Source: Candidatus Electrothrix yaqonensis (lineage in GTDB: Bacteria > Desulfobacterota > Desulfobulbia > Desulfobulbales > Desulfobulbaceae). Taken from it: a DNA stretch of 32,000 bases. The translations under genes and the position numbers were made by a program. The stretch covers positions 150,001 to 182,000 of the forward strand of contig CP178758.1 in the NCBI GenBank assembly GCA_047651235.1. Direction: 5' to 3'. Numbering within the stretch: position 1 is the stretch's first letter; each line of letters begins with the position of its first letter. Positions 14,896 through 24,270 of the stretch are shown here, piece after piece. Below the pieces are notes generated by a model that was given only the letters and a program-made list of their open reading frames with translations, searched no databases and was not told where the DNA came from.

Positions 14896-16665
14896 ATGCC
14901 CAAACCATCGCAATATATTCCAGTCCTGATTGCCCTGCTCTGTGTCTGCGGTATTATCGGGTACCTCGTGTACCAAGAACAGAACACGGAACGGCCGGAT
15001 CAGATCGAGGTGACCACAGCCGGTTTTCTGGAGATGTGCCTGTCCTGCCATAAGGACGAAAAGCCGGACCCGGCCCATGCGGCCCAGATGATCGGCTGCT
15101 CGCCCTGTCATCTCGGTAATGCCAAGGCTATTACTAAAGAAAAAGCCCATGAGGGTATGGTTGTCAACCCCGGTGACCTGCGGGTGGCGGAAAAAACCTG
15201 CGGTACCAAGGGCTGTCATCCGGCGGATGTGCAGAAAGTCAAGAATTCGCTCATGGCCACCAACCGGGGCATCCTGTCCACTCTGCTCTATTACTGGGGG
15301 GAGCGGGATACTCAGGATGCGGAAATCACGGTGGAGCAGCTGCTGAATTCCGGCGAGACCTCGCTGGCCCTGGATTATTTCCGTAAACTCTGCGCCACCT
15401 GTCACCTCTGGAAGCAGAAAAACGATCTGCCGGGCTACCCGAAATTTTTTAATGAAAAAGGCGGCGGCTGTTCAGCCTGTCATTATATCCCGGCCGAGGG
15501 AGATAAGCGCACCACCGTGGCTTCATTTGAAGAGGACAGCAGCGGCAAGCCGGAGAAAAAACCGCATCCGCTGATCAGCAAAAAAGTGCCGGACGAAAAC
15601 TGCATCCGCTGTCATAACCGTTCCGGCCGGATCGGCATTTCGTATACCGGAAAATTTGAGGCTGAGGGCTACGGTACGCCCTATGAGAAGGGGCAGCATT
15701 CCTCACACCGCCTGCCCGGCAACCGATTTTATCTGGAAATTGCTGAGGATGTGCATCATACAAAGGACATGTCCTGCATTGACTGCCACACCCGTGAGGA
15801 AATCATGGGTGACGGCACCCAGTATGCCCATTATGAAGAGCAACTGGAGATCAGCTGCACAGGCTGTCATTCCGGAAAACCCGGCCTGACCCGCAAGAAC
15901 CGGAAGATCACCAATATCAAGAAGGAAGAGAACGGCTTTATCCTGACCGGCCGCAATAACGGCAGGGTTTATCCTCTGAACCCGCCGAAAAAGAATGTCT
16001 GCACCTATCCGGGCCACAAACGGATGACCTGCGAAGCCTGCCATTCCACTTGGGTGCCCCAGTGCTACGGCTGCCACGCCAAGCGCGATGCCCGCGACAC
16101 CCATCTGGATAAACTCACCATAAAGGAGACCGAGGGCTGGTGGGAGGAAGGCCGTTCGTACCTCCGCTATGAGCAGCCCATGTTAGGGGTCTGGGGCGAC
16201 AAGGTGGTGATTGTGACGCCGGGCTGTCAGGATATCGTAACCCTGATTGATGAAGACGGAAATATTGATAAAGAGGGCAGCTTCAACCGATTCACTATGG
16301 CTGCGATCAATCCGCATACCACCCAGGCCAAAGGGAGGCCCTGCAAGGACTGCCACAGCTCGCCCAAGACCGTCGGTCTCGGTGAGGGCACGGTGGTGAA
16401 AAAGGACGGCAAGTGGGAGTTCCATCCGGTCGGGCAGGGAGTAGATACCCTCAAAGGCAGAACTGTGCCGCTGGACGCCTTTGTCACCATTGACGGCAAA
16501 CAGCTTCAGCACGGCTCCCGTGCCGATCTGCGGCCCTTTAATGCGGAAGAGCTCTGGCGCATCCTGCGGGTCGGGCTCTGCCTGCCCTGCCATACAGACT
16601 ACAATGATCCGGCCTACCGGAATTACGATCCCCAACGCCCCTGCCCGGAATATCAGGAACCGTAA
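14896..16665 (+). CDS. Membrane-anchored multiheme c-type cytochrome (11 CxxCH + 1 CX4CH)
   Basis: 589 aa. The N-terminal anchor is IPVLIALLCVCGIIGYLVY. Heme motifs are CLSCH, CSPCH, CATCH, CSACH, CIRCH, CIDCH, CTGCH, CEACH, CYGCH, CKDCH and CLPCH, plus CGTKGCH (15199-15219). Confidence 0.9.
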   Translation: MPKPSQYIPVLIALLCVCGIIGYLVYQEQNTERPDQIEVTTAGFLEMCLSCHKDEKPDPAHAAQMIGCSPCHLGNAKAITKEKAHEGMVVNPGDLRVAEKTCGTKGCHPADVQKVKNSLMATNRGILSTLLYYWGERDTQDAEITVEQLLNSGETSLALDYFRKLCATCHLWKQKNDLPGYPKFFNEKGGGCSACHYIPAEGDKRTTVASFEEDSSGKPEKKPHPLISKKVPDENCIRCHNRSGRIGISYTGKFEAEGYGTPYEKGQHSSHRLPGNRFYLEIAEDVHHTKDMSCIDCHTREEIMGDGTQYAHYEEQLEISCTGCHSGKPGLTRKNRKITNIKKEENGFILTGRNNGRVYPLNPPKKNVCTYPGHKRMTCEACHSTWVPQCYGCHAKRDARDTHLDKLTIKETEGWWEEGRSYLRYEQPMLGVWGDKVVIVTPGCQDIVTLIDEDGNIDKEGSFNRFTMAAINPHTTQAKGRPCKDCHSSPKTVGLGEGTVVKKDGKWEFHPVGQGVDTLKGRTVPLDAFVTIDGKQLQHGSRADLRPFNAEELWRILRVGLCLPCHTDYNDPAYRNYDPQRPCPEYQEP

Positions 16666-16704
16666 CGGACAGGCACATTTTTAGCTACGGCAAGGCGGAG
16701 AACT

Positions 16705-17118
16705 ATGCTTAACGGTGTGATCACGAGAAAAATTGAAGCCCTTGAAGAAACCCTGGATGAACTTGAGTCCCTCGGTAAAGTAACCCTTGATACTCTAAAA
16801 ACGGACTGGGTTGTCCGCCGGGCAGTGGAGCGTGATCTGCAGGTTCTGGTAGAGGTTGTTATCGATGTCTGCCATCGGCTTATTTCCGGGGCGGAAGTTT
16901 CCCCCGCATCCAGTGCAATTGAGGCAATCAAGAAGTGTGTCCGGCTGGGTGTCCTCTCATCTGAAGAGCCGTTTCGGCGAATGGTGCAGTTCAGAAACTT
17001 TATTGTCCACCGTTATGAACAGGTTGACCCGGAAATCCTCGTCGGGATCGTCAATAAGCACCTGCAAGATTTCAGGCTGTTTCAGGAAGAGGTACTGCGC
17101 TATGTCGGCAATGCGTAA
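16705..17118 (+). CDS. hepT: HepT (HEPN/DUF86) toxin
   Basis: 137 aa. The Rx4HxY motif is present as RNFIVHRY. It overlaps the downstream MNT gene. Confidence 0.85.
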   Translation: MLNGVITRKIEALEETLDELESLGKVTLDTLKTDWVVRRAVERDLQVLVEVVIDVCHRLISGAEVSPASSAIEAIKKCVRLGVLSSEEPFRRMVQFRNFIVHRYEQVDPEILVGIVNKHLQDFRLFQEEVLRYVGNA

Positions 17119-17485
17119 AGTTGACCTCTTCAGAGCGGAGAAAATCTGGCAGACGTATCCCGGCATTATTGCGGTCTGGAGCTTCGGCTCTGCCCAGAAC
17201 GGCAAAATCGCCTTTGGCAGTGATCTTGACATAGCGGTGCTGTTTGCCGACCCGCCGGAGTTCGAAACGCTGTGCGATCTCAGGGCTGATCTGCAGGAAA
17301 TGCTGGAGCTTGAGGATATTGATCTGATGAACCTCAACACAGCAGGAACGATCAGCGCGATGGAGGCGATTTCCGGTACCCCGCTTTTCTGCCGCGACCG
17401 TGGCAAACGGGCTGAATTTGTCTCGTTGACTGCACGGCAGTACGAGGATGACATGGCCCAGCTCCGGCGGCATTACTACCGCTGA
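17102..17485 (+). CDS. mntA: MntA (MNT-type nucleotidyltransferase) antitoxin
   Basis: The GSx10DxD motif is FGSAQNGKIAFGSDLDIAV. The start is taken at ATG 17102 (MSAMRK), not the long track ORF from 16856, which overlaps hepT out of frame. Confidence 0.85.
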   Translation: MSAMRKVDLFRAEKIWQTYPGIIAVWSFGSAQNGKIAFGSDLDIAVLFADPPEFETLCDLRADLQEMLELEDIDLMNLNTAGTISAMEAISGTPLFCRDRGKRAEFVSLTARQYEDDMAQLRRHYYR

Positions 17486-17492
17486 AGCAGAA

Positions 17493-17960
17493 CTATTTGT
17501 GGTAATTATGCCCGGCCTTGATGGAACAGGCCCGATAGAGCTGTTCTATAAGGATGAAGCGGGTCATTTCATGGGTGAAGGTGAGCCGGGACAGGGACCA
17601 GATGTGGTTAGCCTGCTGCCGAACCTTCGGGTCCAGACCAAGGTGCCCGCCGATGAGGAAAATGATGGTCTGGATACCCTGATTTTCCCAGCCTTCCAGG
17701 AGAGAAGCCAGTTCCTCCGAGGTATGTTCCCGGCCTGTCGGGTCAAGCGCTACGATCAGAGAGGATGCAGCGGTCTGGCTGAGCAGCAGCTCGGCCTCAC
17801 GGGCCATGATGACCTGGCCGCTGTCATTTTTTCCGTGTTTACATTTCAGCACCTTGATCTCCAGGGGCAGATAGCGACGCAGGCGTTCGGCATAGTCCCG
17901 GACAGCTTGGTCCAGATATTTTTCTCTGGTTTTTCCGACAAAGGGGAGGAGGAGTTTCAT
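17493..17960 (-). CDS. rlmH: 23S rRNA (pseudouridine1915-N3)-methyltransferase RlmH
   Basis: 155 aa, SPOUT family: MKLLLPFVGKTREKY...IFLIGGHLGLDPKV...SLSRLTFTHEMTR. Confidence 0.9.
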   Translation of the reverse strand: MKLLLPFVGKTREKYLDQAVRDYAERLRRYLPLEIKVLKCKHGKNDSGQVIMAREAELLLSQTAASSLIVALDPTGREHTSEELASLLEGWENQGIQTIIFLIGGHLGLDPKVRQQANHIWSLSRLTFTHEMTRFILIEQLYRACSIKAGHNYHK

Positions 17961-18508
17961 TGCTGTTCCGTTATGCAGAGAGTAGTATTTTTTCGCCAGT
18001 CCTGCTTTGAATGATGATTATTTGCCCTTGCAATATCAGCAGGGCTGTGTCATTATTTCGTAACCTTTTTATACACCATTCATTTTAAAAACACATGTTG
18101 ACAACCTGTCTGTATAACTGAAGCCGTTGTAACGGCATCCGGCCCCGGGTGGGTCGGCAGGAAATGTCAGCGGTTCTTCTCCTCTCCTGATTTCTCTCCC
18201 GGAATATCTTTTTCCTCTCCGGCAAATCAGACGGACAAAGAGCCGTCTGCCGCATCTCAAACTCTGCTGGAATCCGTGCTGTCTCTGCGGAGCAGCAGTG
18301 CATATTATCGCACGGAAAGAGCAAGTATCTCTATTGCCATCTCAGCTGCCGCACCGCAGCAAACCTGATTTGTACTGCTTACTCGTTGTTTTCGTCCGAC
18401 AGTTTTTCGTCACAAAATGCACTGTATCTTTGCAGAAAAAAGGACTGGAATATTCCCGGTCCGTGCGGATCAACTGACCTGTCCAACCAATTTTATCAGG
18501 AGATAACC

Positions 18509-18853
18509 ATGCTTGAAGTGACTGAAGCCGCAGCAAAAAACGTCAAAGACTACCTGGAAAATCAGAATGTTGAGTCTGCTGTCCGCATTACCATGATGTC
18601 CGGCGGCTGCTCCGGGCCCAGCCTCGGCTTGGCCATTGACGAGGTCAAGGAAAACGACCTGACTTTTGAACAGGACGGGGTCAATTTTCTCGTCGAAAAA
18701 AGGCTTTCCGATACCTGCGGCGCTATCAAGGTGGATTTTGTCGAGTCAGGGAGCGGCTGCGGTTGCTCCGGTGGCGGCTTCAGCATCAGCAGTGAAAAGC
18801 CTCTGCCTTCGACCGGCGGCGGTTGCAGTTCCTGCGCAGGTTCCTGCGGTTAA
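18509..18853 (+). CDS. IscA/HesB-family Fe-S assembly protein with Cys/Gly-rich C-terminal extension
   Basis: Start at ATG 18509 (MLEVTEAAAKNVK). It carries the GGCSG and GCGCSGGGF motifs of the IscA/HesB family, plus an extra tail GGGCSSCAGSCG. Confidence 0.8.
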   Translation: MLEVTEAAAKNVKDYLENQNVESAVRITMMSGGCSGPSLGLAIDEVKENDLTFEQDGVNFLVEKRLSDTCGAIKVDFVESGSGCGCSGGGFSISSEKPLPSTGGGCSSCAGSCG

Positions 18854-18872
18854 TTTCAGAAGGGAGAACAAC

Positions 18873-19250
18873 ATGAGTGATTTTGAAGTAAAAGCCTACC
18901 CGGAACTGTGGAAATCCCTGAATATGGATGTGGAGCGTTTTGACAAGGCCCGCAAGATGCTGGGCGATGTGTATGCGCAATCTTTTCTCAGCCAAAAGAA
19001 CCGGCCCGAGGGTATGGCCTATTTTGATGAGATGATCGCGGAGCTGCACGGCGGTCGGATCAAGGAGCTGTTTGAACAATTGAAGGAAGAAGCGGACCGG
19101 ATAGAACATCCTGTTCAGCTGACCAGCTGGGGGAGGAAGCACAAGGCTGATTTTGAACGGCTTTTGCCGCCGTATGATGGGGAGTTGGTTAATTATTGTC
19201 AGGAGTTAAGAGAGGTTTTAGAGAATTCGCCGGAGGAACTGGCGGCGTGA
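18873..19250 (+). pseudogene. Probable truncated 2-hydroxyacyl-CoA-dehydratase/double-cubane-cluster-family gene (N-terminal ~70 aa only)
   Basis: AGGGAG lies upstream of ATG 18873. The first ~70 aa (PELWKSLNMDVERFD...FLSQKNRPEGMAYFDEMIAELHGGRIKEL) resemble, from memory, the conserved N-terminus of YjiM/dehydratase-family proteins, which normally run ~380-420 aa. The remaining 55 aa look unrelated and the ORF ends at 125 aa. Confidence 0.45.
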
Positions 19251-19335
19251 GATGAAGAAAGGGGCGATTTTAAAGATCGCCTCTTTCGTTTATGTAGGAT
19301 GCGTGGAACGTATCCTACAGAGCTTTTTAAATGAG

Positions 19336-19824
19336 TTATTGTGTTTCATTATCTATAGCTTCCATCATTCTGTACCAATTTTCGTGACTACTGCTACCTC
19401 CAGCTCCTCCACTACTACTACCGCTGCTCATTCCTCCTGAATGATGAGAACCTCCACTACCGCCGCCGCTCACTCCTCCCGAATGATGAGAACCACCGCT
19501 ACTTCCGCCACTGCTTGATGAAGAACCTGGGGCCTGCGCAGTATCACTTTTCAATACACCACTAACAATTTTTCCTGGTATTCCAGTTCCTACCTTTATT
19601 GCTTCTCTAACTACTGTTTCTACAGCCTTACCTGTTACACCAGAATCTTTAATAGCTTTTCCCATCGCAGCTACCCCTGGGTTTGCAAACATACCATTTG
19701 CTCCGCCTTCAATTTCAAGACCAGGAAGTTCTGCCTCTCTTTGGGGTTCCGAATTCCTTGCCAAACTATTAGTGGCAGTAATTACGAACAATAGCCCAAT
19801 AGAAAAGAAGATTGTTTTTTTCAT
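19336..19824 (-). CDS. Secreted Gly/Ser/His-rich repeat protein
   Basis: 162 aa. The signal peptide is MKKTIFFSIGLLFVITATNSLA. The C-terminal half contains GGSGGSHHSGG twice (DNA repeat 19432-19452 / 19474-19494, period 42 nt). Both the gene and its upstream region are AT-rich. Confidence 0.7.
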   Translation of the reverse strand: MKKTIFFSIGLLFVITATNSLARNSEPQREAELPGLEIEGGANGMFANPGVAAMGKAIKDSGVTGKAVETVVREAIKVGTGIPGKIVSGVLKSDTAQAPGSSSSSGGSSGGSHHSGGVSGGGSGGSHHSGGMSSGSSSGGAGGSSSHENWYRMMEAIDNETQ

Positions 19825-20015
19825 AATTATTCTCCGGTGAACAAGCTTTATATTGATAATTATTATTTATATATAATATATCTCATGCACCATATACATG
19901 TAAACCGAAAAACAACTATTTTCATTGACTTCAACCTCTCTCCGCTGTAATTTATTTACCGTCCACGGCAAAATCCGTGGGCCGGGTTTGGAAGCCCGAA
20001 GCCAAAGGTGACACC

Positions 20016-20046
20016 ACCACCTTTTTGATTTTCAGGTGGTTTTTTT
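20016..20046 (+). terminator. Orphan terminator-like hairpin
   Basis: ACCACCT (20016-20022) pairs with AGGTGGT (20034-20040) and is followed by T6 (20041-20046). No plus-strand gene lies upstream. It is preceded by the hairpin CCACGG...CCGTGG (19962-19979). Confidence 0.35.
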
Positions 20047-20799
20047 GTGTCTATAGTTCGGTATTGCTTACTTTGGGTGAGCCGGACAGGGAGCCTCACG
20101 GCTCGCCGGTTTACTTTGGCCCGGTCTTCCAACCTGTCCGGTTTCGCCCTTTTTGTATTTGGAAGTGCAAAGGGCGGAGAATTTTTTAATTCTCAGTCAA
20201 AGGAGCAATATCATGACGCAGCAAAGCGTTATGCCGTTCAGGTCATCACCGAGATCAAGGCCCATGCCCTGGGTATTCGCCATCACCTGCCCGACTGCAC
20301 CACTATCGTTGATGTGGGCGGGCAGGATTCCAAGGTCATCACCCTGAATGCTCAGGGCAAGGTGGCCAATTTTCAGATGAATGATAAATGTGCTGCTGGA
20401 ACCGGGCGTTTTCTGGAGATCATGGCTGCCTCTCTGGCCTATCCGCTGACGGAGTTTGGCCAAGCTGCCCTTGGTGCGGAGCAGGAGGTGCAGATCAGCT
20501 CCATGTGTACGGTCTTTGCCGAATCCGAGGTGATCTCCCTGAAAAACCGAGGTGTTCCCCGTGAGCAGATCGCCCGGACTGTGCATAGTTCCGTGGTGAC
20601 CCGCCTAGTCGCCATGCTTTCCCGCACCGGCTACGGTGAGGCGGTGGCCTTTTCCGGCGGAGTGGCCAATAATCCCTGTATGGTGCGGATGCTCCAGGAA
20701 CGGCTGGGTGATACCCAGGTGCTGGTGCCGGAGTTCCCGGATATCACCGGGGCATTCGGGGCGGCGTTGAGTGCTATTGAAAATAAGAAGCTGTTTTAA
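20047..20799 (+). CDS. BcrA/HgdC-type CoA-enzyme activase (BadF/BadG/BcrA/BcrD ATPase), 5'-truncated, possible pseudogene
   Basis: From about 20220 onward the sequence is typical activase: VITEIKAHALG...IVDVGGQDSKVI...NDKCAAGTGRFLE...CTVFAESEVISL...FSGGVANNPCMV. The first ~60 aa of the ORF (GTG start) are unrelated, and the N-terminal phosphate-1 motif (GIDxGST) is missing. A good RBS with ATG at 20213 is out of frame. Confidence 0.7.
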   Translation: MSIVRYCLLWVSRTGSLTARRFTLARSSNLSGFALFVFGSAKGGEFFNSQSKEQYHDAAKRYAVQVITEIKAHALGIRHHLPDCTTIVDVGGQDSKVITLNAQGKVANFQMNDKCAAGTGRFLEIMAASLAYPLTEFGQAALGAEQEVQISSMCTVFAESEVISLKNRGVPREQIARTVHSSVVTRLVAMLSRTGYGEAVAFSGGVANNPCMVRMLQERLGDTQVLVPEFPDITGAFGAALSAIENKKLF

Positions 20800-21219
20800 A
20801 AACCCTGCTGAGCCAGTCGTCTTACGGGAATACTGATATCCCTTTCCGAAATAACTTTTCAATTCCGAACGTATCCGCAAGGATATGCCGATTCCGGCCC
20901 TTGACCAGTTTCCCGCCGTCAAAGCCAAACCGCACATCCGTCAGATCCGACGGATATACCTGATGCTTACCTGCTGCTCATATGACTTCATTCTTCGTCT
21001 TCTGTCTCTGTGCTTCGTTGGATTGAGACAGGAAGTTTATCCGGAAACGGAGGTTTTTAAAACAGCTTCTCAGAGGCAGACCGTATTTTCAGATCAGTAA
21101 AATCAGATCAGTCAAAAGCAATCTTGAAAAAGTAATGCTTCTTTGTTAGAGTAGCATTTTTTATTACAAGTTTGTAAATACATGCGGGCAAACTTCCGGA
21201 GAAAAGGAATAAGGAATAA

Positions 21220-21560
<341 letters not shown>

Positions 21561-21561
<1 letters not shown>

Positions 21562-24128
21562 TGTCTGCGGAACTGCATGCACAGCGGCAGGCCCTGGAAG
21601 AGCTGTGGCAGCAGGGGCTGAGCGGCCACGAGCTGCTGCAACGGCATACTGAACTGGTTGACCAGTTTATTCTTGCGCACTTCAATGCCTCTCCGGCAGT
21701 GCAGCAGGCTTGTGGTGACATCGCCCTGGTGGCGCTGGGCGGCTACGGGCGTCGGGAACTGTATCCCTATTCTGATGTGGATCTGCTCCTGCTCCATGAC
21801 CGGAAGGCCAAAAAATCCATGCAGGAAGTGGCGGAATCCATCCTCTATCCGCTCTGGGATGCGGGCTTTGAGGTGGGGCACAGTGTCCGCAGTATCAAGG
21901 ATGCAATCCGGTTCGCCCGCACGGATTTTATTTTTACGGTCTCTCTGCTGGACGCCAGACTGCTCATTGGCTCGGAAGCCCTGTACCGGGAATTACTCAG
22001 CCGGTATCAGAAAAAAATTCTGTATGGCCGACGCGAGAACTTTGTGCGCACTATGGACGAAATGTGTCTGGAGCGCCGTCAGAAATATGGGACCCATGCC
22101 TATCTTCTGGAACCGCACATTAAAGAAGGCAGAGGAGGAATGCGGGATATTCAGGCCATGCTCTGGACAGCCAAGGCGGTCTTCGGGCTTGCCGGGCTGG
22201 AGGCAATAGAGGAAGCCGGGATGCTGACTCCGGACGACCGCAGCAGTTTTCAGCAATCTTGGGACATGCTGGCCCGGATACGAAACCGGCTTCACTATAT
22301 CAGCCGTCGACATAACGATCAGATGCATTTTGAACTGCAGGAAGAAATGGCTGCCGCCTTCGGGTATCAGGATGAACAGGGGATGCTGGCTGTAGAGCAT
22401 TTCATGCGGCACGTCTACGGCCATCTGCAGACCATCGCGGTGACCACGGATCTGTTTTTTGAACAGGTGCATGAAAATCTCGGCCTGACAGGCAAAGGCA
22501 GAAACGAGCAGGAACTTGAGCAGCACATTGTTGTCCGAGCAGGTACTCTGCGGCTGACCGTCACGGAATCCGGGCTTGCCGAGCGGCCTTATGTACTTAT
22601 GCGCCTGTTCCTCCAGTCTGTGCGCAGCGAGCTGCCGATTCACCACAGCAGCCGTCGTCGGGTTGCCCGGCACCTGCATCTGGCAGATGAGCGTTTTCAG
22701 GCATCCAAACGGGTGGGGAAAATTTTTCTCACCCTGCTCACAGAGCAAAACAATCCTGCACCTGCTCTTGAAGTCATGCTGGAAACCGGCCTGCTGCCAG
22801 CCTATATTCCGGAATTCGGCACGGTTGAATCCCTGGCCCAGCATGACCTCTACCATATCTACACCGTGGACCGGCATCAGATACAGACGGTGGCCGAGCT
22901 GCACAAGCTGCGGCAGATAGAGAAGGAGCTGTATGCCCCGCTTTCCGCGCCACATCTCCTGTATCTGGCTGCCCTGCTGCACGATATCGGCAAGGGGCAG
23001 CAGACAGATCATTCCGTGCTGGGAGCTGAAAAAATCAGCAGAATCGGTTGGAGAATGGGCTTGAGTGAGGAAGAGTGCGATGCTCTGTCCTTTCTTGTCC
23101 GCTACCATCTGTTTCTGCCGGAAAATGCCCTGCGCCGCGATCTTGAGGATCACGATTTTATCCGGGAGACAGCGGAGCTGATCAGCGATACCGAACTGCT
23201 GACTATGCTCTATCTGCTCTCTGTGGCCGATTCCCAGGCAACCGGGCCGTCTGCCTGGTCTGACTGGAAGGCGACCCTGCTGACCGAGCTGTTCCTCAAG
23301 CTGCGCTCCTGCCTGGAAGGGGAATGTACAGCCATTGCTGCCGGGACAGAACAAGGCCATAAGCAGGGAACGGCTTGGCTGCTGGATCAGATCACGGAAC
23401 AGCTCGCGCCTGACGAATCTTTCCGCATCCGGCCGGAGGATCTACCTCCGGATTATCTGACTGGCTTTACCCCGGAACAGGTGCTGCAGCATCTGCGTCT
23501 GCACCGGGATCAGGCTGCCCTGCTCCAGCAGAAGGTGCTGCTCTTCCCGGAAAAAGAGGACAGCTCATGGTCGCTGCTCATGCTTTGCCGGGACCGGCAG
23601 GGCCTGCTGGCCAAGCTCTGCGGTGTCCTGGCCCTGCACAGACTCTCTGTACTGGCGGCCCGGATTTTCACCTGGCCGGACGGCACAGTGGTAGATGTGC
23701 TGGATGTGACCCCGCAGCTTGCAGTGGGCTTTGCCGAGCAGGACTGGCAGGCTCTGGAAAACGATCTCAACCGGGCGGTCAACTACCGCCTTGATGTCGG
23801 TTTCCGGCTGCACAGCAGACTGGAGAATACCAGGCTGCCCCGCAGGGTCCAGCAGCCGCGCAATGAGGTTATTATCAGCAATACCGCTTCAGACCGGTAC
23901 ACGGTGATTGAGGTCTACGGCGGCGACCATCTGGGTGCTCTGTACCAGCTCACCCAGACGCTGTCTGATTTCCGTCTGGACATTCATCGGGCCAGGATCG
24001 CCACCGAAGTGGAGCAGCTGATTGATATCTTTTATGTCACCATGGAAGACGGGAGCAAAGTGGAAGATCCTGCCCTGCTGGAAAAGGTCAGATACGCTTT
24101 GCTCCATATTATCCAGGAGCAGCTGTAA
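21561..24128 (+). CDS. glnD: [Protein-PII] uridylyltransferase/uridylyl-removing enzyme GlnD
   Basis: 855 aa. The nucleotidyltransferase motif is ALGGYGRRELYPYSDVDLLLL and the HD domain is LLHDIGKG. Two ACT-like C-terminal repeats are present. The start overlaps the glnB stop by 1 nt (TGATG). Confidence 0.9.
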
Positions 24129-24215
24129 AGAAAAATGCGGAAAAGCGGTAAGATATGCGCAGAGTTGAGAGCCGTACAGCGCTTAATGTTTCAGCGTTTC
24201 AGTATAAACCAAACC

Positions 24216-24232
24216 GTCCGGCCCGGCCGGAC
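24216..24232 (+). terminator. GC hairpin between glnD and glnA (possible terminator or attenuator)
   Basis: GTCCGGC / GCCGGAC form a perfect 7-bp stem with a 3-nt loop. It is followed by the T-rich ATCTTTCATTCTTTATTT. Confidence 0.3.
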
Positions 24233-24270
24233 ATCTTTCATTCTTTATTTAAGAACAAGGAGATAGTGAG

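Noticed and set aside
16856-17101. Long 209-aa version of the MNT gene starting at 16856
   Set aside because: The first 82 codons overlap hepT in another frame and show no MNT similarity. The MSAMRK start at 17102 gives a normal-length MntA.
20825-20977. Minus-strand open frame ending ...VYPSDLTDVRFGFDGGKLVKGRNRHILADTFGIEKLFRKGISVFP*
   Set aside because: It reads like a genuine protein C-terminus, but the frame is only 51 codons, is bounded upstream by TGA and has no ATG. It is at best another gene relic, and I could not assign a family.
21993-23360. Long antisense ORFs inside well-supported genes: 455 aa opposite glnD; also 2003..2668, 4484..5410, 5974..6666, 6062..6949, 6959..7528, 27340..27957, 29074..29703 and 31240..31848
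   Set aside because: All lie entirely antisense or out of frame within genes that have strong motif support. Their products are Arg/Pro/Gly-biased low-complexity sequences typical of shadow ORFs in G+C-rich DNA.
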